64,000 nt of DNA, taken from contig NW_026859070.1 in assembly GCF_026571515.1 (NCBI RefSeq), forward strand, positions 620,001-684,000, in the 5' to 3' direction. The notes beneath the pieces were generated by a model. That model did no database searches. It saw only the letters and a program-made list of their open reading frames with translations, and was not told the DNA's origin. Shown in pieces: positions 1 through 13,207 of this stretch (positions are counted from its first letter, which is position 1; the number at the start of each line of letters is the position of its first letter). The stretch comes from Ruditapes philippinarum (lineage: Eukaryota). The translations under genes were made by a program, and so were the position numbers.

Positions 1-1819
1 GAAACCTGACGTTTAAAATATTTGCTTTTGTAAATGCTATAATCAGGTCTCTGGTGCAAGTGTTCAATTGAATTTTATATCGTATCATTGAATAGGTTGT
101 AATACAAACGATATCTTTAACTGTAGTGAGTCAAAACGTCTTATTGAAGTGTTAAGTGATATAAAACTATATAAAATGCTATCAGCTATTCAAACAGTTC
201 AAGTAAATTAAACACTTTTTTCGGCTACAATAGACTCACAATGTAAAACAGCTTTGAAATTCTATGATCTACGTGTGTTTGAGTTAATATCGAACGTTAA
301 ACCTGCCATTTTAATATGTCGTTAAACCTGCCTTTTTTTAAAGTCATTGTACTATTGTTGAAGGTTATCAACCGTGAGAATTGACCACATGGTATACTGT
401 TGTTGTAATTCATTTAATATAAAAAGATTTGTGTAGGAAGTGCTTTGTATGTCTTTGGGTATTTTAGGCATTAATAAGTTATCTGGATTGAATTTAGGTG
501 AGTGTGCTGCAAGTCAACGACCATTTACTAAATGTTCATTAAATATCATGATACGCATCTGACAACAAATATATGACATCTAATGGACTTATTACAGAAT
601 GCAAACATTTATAAAAAAATGACAAGAGTCACGCATCAGTTGTAAATTTATTATACCATAGATATCACATTTCTGCTAATTTACTCTATATCAATTTTCA
701 CTACTTTGCCTTTGCAAGTATTTTTATAGACGCATAATCAATTAAGGCGTCTCAAATGTCAGTAAGTAAAAGCAAATTATTTTCACATGAGGGACATTTG
801 TCATATGTATCTAAAATACTGACAGAAAATAATGAAAATGTATCACTTGGAAATTGTTAAAAATGTATATCTTGAAGCTTTAAGTGATTCGCATTTTTTT
901 GTAAACACATAATCAATTTTAAAGCCCTCTTTAGTTCAATAAAAGCAAATACTTTTCACGTGGCTTGATCTTTAATAAGGACATTTATCATACGATCATG
1001 TTTCTAAAACACTGACAAAAATAATAGAAATGTATCATATTTTATAAATTGTAAAAAACTATATATTGGGAAAAGAGTTGGCAAGTTTTAAGTGATTCAG
1101 TGTAAATAAATTTATACTATGAATAATACTATTCTGTTCTCGAACAATTTATTTTCTGTTATATATACATATGCCATATACGGTACTGTATCATACATGG
1201 TGCCAGCAACACCAATATATACTTTAAAATTTATATTTCGTGGTTTGTTACCATGCATTATTTTAAATACAAAGTTTTTATGATATCACATACATGTAAC
1301 TTCCATTATTGCCAAAATCAATTTATATTTGATTTTACATATTATATAGATAACACTGATAAGACTCGATTAATTTTTTTTTTAATTTTCTGATAAACAA
1401 TGTTATAAGATCATTCGAGACAAAATTGAACACTTAAACTAATGTGTACTGAAAGAGGAATTGGGTTACACTGTTCGGAAATAATTCGTTTAGATTCACT
1501 CTCTTTTTTTACTGCCTTGTTGTATTTATATTCGTCTTTTAATCATAAAATACATTCAGTATGATTAAGAAAAAAACTGATACAGTAAGGACGAAATGGT
1601 CATTTTTAAGATTACCTGACATCTAAGACAAACATCTAGTGTCAAAACAAATTAACAAAATATGGACACATTGAGCGCCAGGAAATTGTTTATCTTTTTT
1701 TTTTTTAGCAAAATCCGCTGTGTGAGATATTTTATCCTAGCATGAACCATCAGACGATTTGCAAGTTGAATAATATATATTTAATGTTTGTATACGACAC
1801 AAATGTTTTTTGTTTCTTT

Positions 1820-1990
1820 ATATGAAGGCTGTCCGATAAATTCGAGGAATTTTGCAGTAACACTTTAATATTCTAATATTGTCTCGTTATAATGCATATT
1901 CGTTACACGCATACTTTGTGTAAAGGTCTAAGAACGTTCTAAATAAAAGCTCAATATTCTCGTTACCATAGCAACCTATGTTTTGCTTGT
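1820..1990. mobile_element. Possible decayed mariner-like MITE remnant (present in both duplicate copies)
   Basis: Begins tatatgaaggctgtccgataaattcgagg (copy 2: tatacgaagactgttcgataaattggagg), resembling TA-CGAGGG mariner termini. No partner TIR found. Confidence 0.2.
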
Positions 1991-2071
1991 TTTTTTAACC
2001 GTTAAAATTCTTACATTATAAAGAAAAACAACATTGTTTTCGGAATAGATAAAAGAAAATGCGCGAACTTA

Positions 2072-2560
2072 GCAGACATTCAAACATCAGAATTATTACA
2101 GTATTCATTATGGAAACTGTCTTTTTAGTATCGCCGGTGTACGAATAACGTACTATTGTAAAATGTTGCAGCTATTACAAGTTCTGGCAACATTTGTATA
2201 ACAGAAGACCGAAAGGCCACATATATAAGTTACCTGCACTTATCGCACTGTCTATCGGGAATAAAAATTAACTAGCTACCTTGTTTTCTCTGGTTTACTT
2301 ATGACGACAAGGAAAGGTATGATAATAGGAAATTATATTCAGATGCTCGTATATAGGTTTATTTATTCTGGAGTTTCATATTTTGACGACAGGAAAAGCA
2401 GTTAAATTTTTTCCAATGATACAAAATGAAAGACCATCAAAACGTTCCCCCAAACATGCAAAACAGATATTCTTTTGTTTTGACGCTCTTTCTGTTACTT
2501 CCATTACTGTTTCTTATACTAAGTCTATCAAAAAGTCAAGAGTTCCCGACAGATGTTATA
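2072..2560 (-). pseudogene. Decayed coding-like segment of unknown protein, copy 1
   Basis: Minus-strand reading HLSGTLDFLIDLV*ETVMEVTERASKQKNICFA...FDGLSFCIIGK...PIYEHLNIISYYHTFPC...LLYKCCQNL aligns with copy 2, with many third-position synonymous differences. Stops and frameshifts present. Strand is not certain because one plus-strand frame shares the wobble positions. Confidence 0.4.
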
Positions 2561-5500
2561 TGAATGTATGACTGATTTTATTGTGTCCCCAAATATCATA
2601 TAAATAACGCTTATTGTGGCCATTTGATCTATTAACTAAAACAACAACAATTTCCATATCATTTTATTATACTTCATATGCTAAAATCATGACATGTCAA
2701 TTGTATAAGTAATTCCTATATCATCAGATAGCATAGTAGCTATTAATATCATTAACAATGTGTCACATTGAAGGTTCCATGATAACCGCCGTATGAACAC
2801 ATCTGCAGGACGTTTCTAAATTCAAAATTTTCACCATTTTTTAGTGTTTAAATGTTTGAATTTTGCTTAAGCCGGGTGCTAGGGGGCGTGGACCGGTTTA
2901 ACTTGCAATTTCCCCATTACTTCCCATAAAACAGGCTCAATAAAAACCGAGGCCTTGCAACATTTTTACAATTTTGGCAGTAGTTTGGGCTTTTTTTTTC
3001 ACTTTTTACTTTATTATGTTCTGTAATTTTAAAAAAGATAAGGGTAATTTAAATTTTTGTATCAGTTTCATCGCTTTTAGCAACACGTTTAGCAATTGGG
3101 CCATGTTCAATCAGGCAAATGTCTGGTTTTAGTAACGAATTCCCATGACGAAAATATCGACTGTCGTGTTAACAATCTCCAGAGCCACTAATCTGATCAT
3201 GTCTGTTATCTCACCAAAAACTTTGCTGTAAGCAAAAATGTTCTGAAACAATTTACTAATGTATTACTCAAATTGACGTGGTTTTACTTAACATACACGT
3301 TTATTCAATAGTTTTCCAATACATTGAAATGATAAAGTTGCGAAACAGTTGAATGAATTTAGTATTGATATTCTACGTACCAATAAGGATAGGGCTTTAT
3401 GACTTTTAGCCAGGTCATGTTGAATATTTTGCAAATGGCTTAGAGAAAAAATATCGTACATTTTTCGTATGAAATTGCTAAAACATCTTTAACCTATTTT
3501 ATTAAATGCTGCTGTGTTCTGCGAAGTATTTGATGCTTGAATAATTTCCTCAGATATTAACAATGAATTCAGTGATCGATAACTTTCCAGGTTTTTTTAG
3601 ATTAGGTCAAGCGAGCATATGTCTTATTTCTTGCAAACGAGTTTAACAAAATGCATGCTTTAAATAAAATCTAACATAATTCATATTAAGTTCTAAAGTT
3701 TACAGACAAACATGTATATAATTTCCTGACGATGCTTTTTGTAACGCCAAAATTATATTTTATGAATACTTTTTATACAACTATTTGTAATCATAACCGA
3801 TGCCTTGGTCTCACAACAAACCCCCCAATCTAACTTGATGTTCGAAATAAACATGAAAAAAACAACAACCAACAAAAAAAAAACAACATACTTTCCATGT
3901 TTTGATGAATGTATATGTTTAGTTGTTCCTTTAGGTAACTCCTCTATAATCATATCAATAAAATATTTTCGTCATTGCTTGCCTTTTAATCTGTAAAATT
4001 ATAATGTCAATGTACCGTCTTTGAAGTTAATCAACCGCTTTATTCAAGTTCTATTTTGATTTTGCTTGAACTATCGGAGGCTCACCATATGGTAATATTC
4101 ACTTTGATTCATCATATATGAAAGGGAAGATGTTTTGTTTATTAAAACAAGGTGACTGTACTATATCTTAAAGGCATCCCACTAGAAATTATTATCATAG
4201 TTTTTAAAATTGTACGAATAAATACATTTGATTGATTTTGGTCCTGATTCATAAAATTGACATATATGACACACTTGATGGGTTAAAAATGCAATGACTT
4301 GGTTATGTGTTTGTGTTTTTTCATACAAATGAATATTCCGATTAAATACAAATATCTTAGATGATGAAAGGAGTGTACAATATGTTTAGTATATTTAAAA
4401 AAGAATTTTTAAAAGTACACCCCGCAGACTAAGAAAACACAAAAAGGAGCTGATTTAAAATTTTCATTTAAAAAAATCAGCAAAAATGGGCCCTTTTCAA
4501 TTATTTGAAAAAAGGGGGTAAACAAATTTTCTTTGAAAATTTGGGCGGAAAAGCAGAACATATGCATTTTAATAACATTAAATGCTTTAATCACGTTTAG
4601 CGAATCTCATAATTTTTTTTTAGGACTTTAATTTAGCTGCATTCCTAGAAACTCGCACCTTATATCAGTCAGTCAAACAAACAAACGAACAAACATACGA
4701 AAGTTGCTCACATTGTTATGTTTCTGTAGCAACACAGCAATATTATGAATAGTTACATAATCAACATATAGAAATAATAAAAACAGTATTGCTTAGTTTT
4801 TTATATTTCTCTATGTAAAAGCAGCTAGCCTCAAGATTCATGCTTATTTTCATGAAAATGTATTTAACAGTATAATATTGTGAAGTTACCAAACGAATGC
4901 AATTAATACATTGTCAATGGCAAAATAGGTCAAAATATTCAAAAAAAGTCATTATTGCGTTAGTAACGCAGTAGAAATATAGTTATAAATACTGAAAAAT
5001 CGATCATTAATCGTACATATACATTATTACCGTAACTTTGAATATTTATTCTTTTTCTAGAATCTTAGTACATTTTTCTCAGGTTTGATTTTATCGAACT
5101 ATTTTTGCTCATTTGGTGGTGTGCAGCTTTAAAGACATTTACATTTGAAAAGAAACTAAACTCTGTAATGTTTCGGATAGAAATATACACACGGTATTTA
5201 AAATTATGAACTTGTGTAGCGAATTGTATTTTTATTGTTTTATTTAGCGCTTATTAAAGTTATTGTTTGTTTTGAATTATATTTACTATATATCACACTT
5301 CATATAATCATATGCTTATATATATGTTTTGAAAAAGGAATATTTTACGGCATGCATTTTACATTTTATATTTATCTTATTGTAATAAGTTGTATGATTG
5401 TAGCGTTCAGAAATATGGACAACGCTTCTTCAACTCTAAGTAAGAAAGTGTCGACAGAACAATGAAATCAAGGTTACTTAATATATGTCCTTACGGAATA

Positions 5501-7254
5501 ACTTGACAGGCTTGACAATAAGCTATTGACATAGATGAAGTTTGTTCAACGTAAATCAATATCGGAATTCTAAGAAGGGTGTTTTCAATAGCTATAATGA
5601 ATATTTGAATTATGCTTTATAGAAAGTTTAAAACATTCATTAGGACAATATCGTTCCTGCCAATCAACGTTTATTGTCAGTCAGCCCTTTTTCCACATTT
5701 ATCTTTTAGAGAATTGAACTCGTCATCAAAGAGATTAACGTATCTTGTATTGAAATCAATTTCTTAGATCGAATTCTGATGATTTGATCAAAACTGTAAA
5801 ATGTATCTGCACACTGATGATTGCATCCATTAAGGTAATTGATTAACACGCCGATCAATTGCCGGCTTTATCTGATCTAAATTGCATGCAAGATCATCTA
5901 GACACTCTGATTTACTTCATTAGAATCTGCATGGACCTACGTATATATAAGAAAGATAATGAGTGTTGCCGTGGTAACTGACGAAGTTTGTGTTGATAAA
6001 CAATTAACGACATAATAGTTGAAAATATTCAAATAAATAGCAATACAACCACAAACATAGTTATCATTCATCAACTTTTCAAAAAAATAAATAAAGAGAA
6101 AATGAATAAGATTTCTATGTATACAGTTGTATCAGTCATCATGTTAAAAGGTAAAAAACAGAATCAAATTATCCCAGAAGATGAAAAAAAATACGTGATT
6201 AATGTGTTTTTCACGTGTAAAGGTTTATATCATGAAATAAACTTAATTAGAGCCTTCGCATTCGGTTTTACACTTATTTCGTTGTAATTGTATTAGGTTG
6301 TACAGAGTATGTTGAAAGATACCACTCGCACAGTGTTCTAATAAATTTGCAGAAAATTATTATTGTGCCAATAAGCAGGGCACATATATTCTCCAGGAAG
6401 TTGATTAGCAATGCTGTAATGTTGACAGGTGCTGAGATGTGAGAATTTACGGACTTACAATCAAAATTATTTTATTATTAAAAAGGGGGAAAAAACAAAA
6501 AAGTAAAAAATTAACTTTTCCAAAAAATTTTAAAAAACTCCCCTTTCCCTTGCCCCCTTTAAAGTATTTAAACCTTTAAAATTTATAAAATAAAAAACCC
6601 AAAAAAAACCATATTTTTTGAAATATGACACGTCTCTCAATTGAGTGGACCATGTTAGACCCCTACGCTTTTATTAATGGATTCACTCACTCATTCTTCA
6701 CAGCATTAAATACATTTGTTCTAAATAACATTGCTTTAACAAATGATATTTTCCATGACAAGTATCGCTATATACGACTACGACTCGTTTTTGTACACAA
6801 TTATGAAGTTTAAAAATGTCGAACGATGTTTGCAATGCTGATCATTTCGAATATGGTTTTATTGACTGCCAACAATTAGCTTACATGTAATTTCCAGATT
6901 CTAGATCAGATGTGAAAGAAAAAACAACACAAATTATCAATTAATCATTGCTCAAATTTCACAATCAATTACATAATGCACTAACGTTAAGACAAATCTT
7001 GGCATAATTATAGTTTTTGATACATTGTTGAACGGTTTATCAATTTTGTCCTTTAACCATTTGTTAATGGCTTGAAATAATTCTGCCTCTCAGGGAAACG
7101 AATAATTTGGAATGAGATTTTTTTTTCAAACATTCGCGATAACTTTCAGCTTCAAAAATATGATTTATTTCGCTGACAATAAAATACAATTTACTGATAG
7201 TTATTTATTAAAATTATGTCATCAAGCGTTTTGCATTGTTACCCTAATAAGCTA

Positions 7255-7449
7255 AAACATAATAAAGTGGTCGTTTAATGAAAAGATTTATCCCAATTAG
7301 CTGACTAATTAGCGGTCGCTGGTCGCGTTGAGCAAAAGTCGCTTAATACATTAAAGATATATAGAGAAAATGATCGGGGGGAATTTAAAGTGGTCGTTTA
7401 AGACAAAAGTCGCTTAATACACGTGGTCGCATGGGCAAGTTAGACTGTA
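7255..7449. mobile_element. One end of a Tc1/mariner-type MITE (CAGT terminus followed by TA)
   Basis: Insert absent from duplicate copy 2. Ends ...gtggtcgcatgggcaagtttagactg-TA and has repeated (g/a)gtcgcttaa / gtggtcgtttaa motifs. The other TIR is missing. Confidence 0.55.
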
Positions 7450-10400
7450 ACTAATAGTAAGACAGTTGCATAAACGTTATAACAACTACATTTTATTTTG
7501 GCTTGACATTTTGTCTTACATTTATGTATAAGCCATGAATTAAACCAGCAATGCACGCACAATATCTGATTAAGATCGTTGTTATGAATTGCATGTACAA
7601 AAAATGAGCAAAGATGACCCTTCTGGCAAGTAAAGTAGGCCACATAGTTCGTGTTATATAAAATAAAGATGAGAATAACGAGATAATGAAGCTTCAAACA
7701 AACCAGAACCTATGTATGGAAATAGAATGATTAATTACATTTAAAAGGGAGTATTTACTGCGTTACTGACAGTACTTTAAGTGTCATATTTACGTTTGTG
7801 TGTTTTCTAGTGATATTATAATGATACACACCACCTAGACCTTAACCTGAGAAAATCACTGTAAAGTTTATTGGAATCGAATACATATTTCTTAGATATG
7901 CTATTTCCATATCATAATAAATATTATGTAGAATTATTCTAACTGTTATTTTCTACACAAAATAGAGTAAACTGAATCCCTAAAGAAAGCCCAACACGAC
8001 AACATTGAAAATGTTGCAGGCTATGTTTGGTTGACCCTTTTCATGGACGGTACTGGAATGTGCAAGTTACCGTCCACGCCATTTTCTTGCTTATATTGTT
8101 AGACTTTACCTAAAATAGTGTTTTTGTCTGAATATATACTTGTTTCTAGCGTTAAGATGACTTGTTTTTCAAAACACACCGCTGTTATAAGTAAATTGAC
8201 CCAGAGGTGTAGGTCGTTTATTCGCATTCTAATACATGATGATGCCCTAACCCGATCACCCGGCTCACTTTTGATATTAATGTTATGTTATGCGTATAAG
8301 TTGCCGTAACATGGCACCATATCAATAAGCAAACATATGCAAAGTTTACATAATAATGTAATATATTAAAACAAGTCAAACCACGTAATTCTGGTGAAGA
8401 CAAAGGTTTGCTTATATTTTTCTGTGCTCTATTACGTAAACCTATGAAGGGTACATTTTAAAAATTCTGTGAACGTCGCATTGAATTACAAAAAGTTGAT
8501 TTGAAGATGTTTGTCGATGGTAAATCTATATTCATTTTCATATTTATAGAAGAATGTTTTTTACAGCTTAAGATATAGTACACTGGTTATTAAGTCTAGA
8601 TTTATATATTTTCAACACACAGAACAATTAATATGAGTGAACTTAATATTTAGAAATATTCAAATGTTGTGTTACTAACTATTTTAACCTTTTCAAAGAG
8701 TTCCCTCTTGAAAGCAAAATTAGTCTTTAAAATATTTATCAAAAACTGTGTTAACTTACTAACTTTTGCTATTTGTGCGCCAAAGCAAAACCACCACATT
8801 GATTCACGAGGGAGTAGAATTGAAGATTAAACGCTTCACTGCTTGTTCTTGCGATCCCCGCCCGCACTTCACCTATGGAAATATCTCATTCCAAGAATTC
8901 CTACTGATATACATGACATTTAGAAATTTGATATCCATTTATATTGTTTAACTTCCAATCCGGTCATACACTGAAGAACTAGACCATTTAGAAATTGATT
9001 AATACGAATACCATTGATTGTATATGTTATCAAATAGGTGCTTTATTATAGGGCTGTATATAAACAGAGATAATGTGTATTATTTAGAGGGAATGGAATA
9101 AGGACTATATTTGTTTCCATGTGAAAATCATTGAATCATATCACAGAAAAACATTGATTTGAGCCGAGACATTTGTTAAATGTCATCTACGGTATACTTG
9201 TATGAGAATGCTACCAACACCACAGAGAGCATTGTACTTATTAATGTATTTTTTATATATTTATTAGGTGTCAACAAACGAGGAAACATTATTGCTGGAG
9301 AGGTTCATTTGACCATGTTATATATCTTTGAGGGCAAACACATTGCTGAGAATGTCAAGATAAGATGCGCATAATTGATAGTCAAAACAAATAGAAAAGA
9401 AACACAGCAAGTGAGATAACGAATATGAATAAAATCAGTTTAAGCGTTAAATATAAAAAATATCTTAGTCTTCATATTTTGAAAAGCTTTTGTTTATATC
9501 ACCATCCTTACAAACAGATTTTCCCGTTGTGTTATAAAGATGTTGGTTGCCAACCAATATACACTTTGCGTATCATTTATGGTAGGGTGACAATCAGGCC
9601 ATTCAGAAAGGTGAACCCGGACCCATTTTTTAACAAGGCATGACATATACCAAAATGTTCACAAATGTTTGTAGTTTCCAAAACTGCCGGCATAAATGGT
9701 GGCGATCAGAGAAATCCATGATGGCGTCCAAGATCTCCGCCATAAATGAAAAATTCACTATTAGAATTTGACTGATTATAATTATTTTCTTTTAACATAT
9801 TTTCACATAATTTGACTTGCAACTTGTACTTATTGTATGCCAAAGTATAACTGCATGTTTTTTACTTTAATATGTCTGAGTATATGCTGCATATGAAAGG
9901 TCAAAAGGTCATGTAACCATAAAAAACCATACACAGATAGAAAAAGTTAATATTTTGAGAAAAAATATAAAGTTTTTTTTCTAAAAAAAAATTCCATAAC
10001 ATTTCTTATTAATACATATTTAAGTTGGAGGTCTTACCAATTCCTATTTTGTTTTGCCTCCTATAAATCTAGCGCATTTGTAAAAAGGCCCCCATATACA
10101 GTCATTTAAAATTAATCGCCTGATTTTTCTTTTTATCTTGTGTAGATCTCAAAAGATTAAGACATAATGGTAAGTATTTCTTTTACTAAAATTGATAAAC
10201 TATTTTTCATGCAAACTAAATTTAAAGAAAGCAAATGCTTTACATGATGACAACATTTCAACTTAATTTTTTGGTAGGACCAAAATACCTTGGAATAATT
10301 TACCATTACACCAAAAGTTTCAAAGGAGGCAAATTTAAATGTAAACATCAAATGAAAACTTTATTAAAACAGTGATTTATGAATATTATGAATATCTACA

Positions 10401-10750
10401 GGTACATAATAAAATGTTTATGCAAATAAACTCTTTTACACAAACAAAACCTTAAACATGTATTGTATTTGCACTCTTACATTGATTTATCTTCAAATGT
10501 AAACAAAAAAATGACCTCCAGAGTTGATTTATGTTGTCACTGATTTTTCATTTGTTTACTGATATTTGATATTTAATTTGGTATTTAAATCAGAAAAATA
10601 ACACAAGTATCTAAATTAAAAGAGCATAGATATCAATTGAATGAAATAAAAGTCATCTAAATAAATAAAATGTTCAAAAATGAATAAAACCGTGTTGATG
10701 TAAAATATTCCAAAGGTGAAATATCCCATGTTTTTTTTCCAGGAAATAAC

Positions 10751-12389
10751 ATGAACATATCCTCACAAAATACACCAAAGAAAAGAAAATTGACTTTTAA
10801 TGATGAAAAATGTTGCTTTTGTCTGAAACGTTTTGATGGAAATAAAACTGTCCTTGATTCCAAAAAAGTTGATTCATTATTGTCTGTATGCAAAAACCGA
10901 AATGATGAGGTAGCAGTCAATATTGTCACATATGAAAATCAAATTCGTTCAAAGGAAATAAAAGTTTGTTATCACAAAGCATGCCGAGCAAAATATGTCC
11001 ATCCTTTCTACAATCAGTTGCAGGACAAAAGTTCCTTGGAACCTATAGAAACTGTTTCTAAAGTTACACGTTCAAAATTGAAAGACCCTAATTTTGATTG
11101 GAAACAGAACTGCTTTATTTGTGGAAAAAAATGTAGTGAAAAACATAGATCAAAATGGTCACGTGTAGAAGGATCTGTAAATGAAAATTCTAAATTATTC
11201 TCAAATCTTTTAGAGATTGCTACACTCAAAGGAGACAGTGTTTTGCATGCACGACTTTTGAGTTCAAAGGGAGATCTTGTCGCAGTAGAGGCTAGATACC
11301 ATAGAAGGAAAGGTTGTCTTCCTCGGTATATTTCAGAAAGAAATAAAGAGGAATGTTCAGTGTTTTCAGATAAGAGTAAACTAACACAGGTGTGTAGACA
11401 CTTGAAAAATGATTTACAAAACTCTATTGATGGTGAAAAAAATGTGTATGAGTTATCATACTTGAAATCAAGAGTATTTGAATTATCTGTTGCTCATGAT
11501 ATTGATATTGGCAGAAACCTGAAAGCTAAACAGCTTAAAAAGGTTCTTCGTCAGGTATGGCCAGGTATTACATTTATTCCTATGGAAGGTCTAACAGATC
11601 TTGTTTGCTCAAATTCCATTACAATTGAAGAGGCCTTGTCTAAATCTGTTGATTTAGAAAAGTCTTTCCATGATGTGACTGAAAAAGACGAATGTGAATC
11701 CTCTTTATGTGACATTTTCTTTGAATCTAATGAAATGTCAATCATACACCAGGCAGCAGTTATTTTACGAAACAGAATTTTAAAAACGGAAGGGCTATGC
11801 AATGAATATTTTTCTTCAGCTGAAATTAGTTTACAGGAACAGAAAACATTTGTTGATCCACTTCTACTACAGTTTGTTGGTTGGTTATCCTGTGAATCAA
11901 AATTAAACGAAGGAATTGTCAATCATGAATATGATAATGAAAAGAAACTTGTTTCTATTTGTTCTGACATTACAACATTAGTTAAGTCTGTAGTGACACC
12001 AAAACATCTTGCACTGTCAATATACTTACACCATACTTATGGTAGTAAGAAGCTAATAGAAGACTTAAACTCACATGGGTACACATTATCATATCATGAA
12101 GTGAGGCATTTCTTGACTTCTGCCGCTAGATATATGTCTTCAATTCAAGAACAAACCCCCTCAGGTGCTATTATTCCTGCACATTTGTCAGTAGATAGTT
12201 CACAAGAGTCAGATAGATTACTGGTAGCAGCAGCTGACAATTGGGATCACAATGAAAATACATTAAGTGGGAAACATTCAACACATGCTATGACAAGTAT
12301 TTTAGTTGTGCAATCGTCTATGAAATCACAAACAGCTACTAGAATTCCTAGAGTAAAAGAACGTTCTATTGACTCATCTACATTGTCAG
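10751..12389 (+). CDS. Academ transposase, first coding exon (Cys/His-rich N-terminus and first catalytic motif)
   Basis: 546 codons open. CCFC...YHKACRAKY and CFIC...DLVAVEARYH..C motifs, TPKHLALSIYLHHTYGSKKLIEDLNSHG..SY.EV, and AAADNWDHNENTLSGKHSTHAM. Ends at donor TCAG|GTATAT. Preceded by an acceptor-like ttttttttccag at 10731-10742. Confidence 0.85.
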
Positions 12390-12781
12390 GTATATAAAGA
12401 TTTTGTTCATATACATGTTCTTAAATCACATATCAATACTAATCACTTGTAAATGAATCATTATTATTTTAATTATATTTTCACAGTGACATAAATAGGA
12501 ATGTGTTAAAAAAACATACAGGTACATGTCTGATAGATCCACACTTTGCACCGATCAAGTAGTTAAAAAATTCTATATGTATTCAGTTTGCTACAAATGT
12601 TTTACAAGTATTTTACAAGTTCTCTCCCCCCCCCCCCCCAAAAAAAAAAAAAAAATATTTAGTTAAAATAGACAAGCCTTTAAAAGAACAGTTTAATGTA
12701 AAATATTTAAAAAGATAATTTTGTTTACAAATAAGAAAACTTGCCCTTTATTACATTTGCAAAAATATGTTTTTATTTTAG
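12390..12781 (+). other. Spliceosomal GT-AG intron (phase 1, 392 bp) in the Academ gene
   Basis: gtatat...ttttattttag. Removal joins G+GC in frame, giving ...TLS-G-CDLSHTLPYTKP, and fuses ORF 10751-12397 to ORF 12721-13104. Confidence 0.8.
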
Positions 12782-13196
12782 GCTGTGATTTGTCGCATAC
12801 CCTGCCATATACAAAACCATTTACCAGACCCGTGCCTGTTTTTGATCCACCGGTGCAGTTGGAAGAACTTGATTGTGCAGAGCCAGATAATGCTAAAGTC
12901 TTGCGACTCAAGGAGATTTTGTATAATTTTGGAAGAGATAAAATTATTAGTTTTTGTGATGATAGGTCAGATTGTTTGCCACCATGGACAGTTTTTCAAG
13001 CTCACATACAAACTGATCTTTTGTTTGATCAAGCAGATGTTGTGTTTAATCCTATTATAATGTCACCACCTAATGATTATAATACAGTCTACACAACTCT
13101 CTAAAGCGCACTAAAGAGCAAATGAATGCCCTTGGTCAAACTGTCTGCCCTATATACTTTGATATGGGATTAATTTCCAAGGCACTAAAAATAGTG
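12782..13196 (+). pseudogene. Academ transposase exon 2, frameshifted and truncated
   Basis: Reads ...LPPWTVFQ...FNPIIMSPPNDYNTVYTTL. After a 2-bp slip at 13097-13103 (actctctaaag) it continues KRTKEQMNALGQTVCPIYFDMGLISKALKIV (second catalytic Asp motif), then breaks off. Confidence 0.75.
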
Positions 13197-13207
13197 TTGC
13201 TTTAAGA

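Larger units (their letters stand above)
481..8466. repeat. Segmental duplication, copy 1 (paralogous to 16469-23426)
   Basis: Collinear, same-orientation similarity with many shared anchors, e.g. ttactaaatgttcatt, tttaatgtttgtatacgacacaaatg, gccatgttcaatcaggcaaatgtctgg, cgttgtaattgtattaggttgtacagagtatg, ccgatcacc, and the tatgaagg-tacattt end. Indels and substitutions throughout. Confidence 0.92.
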
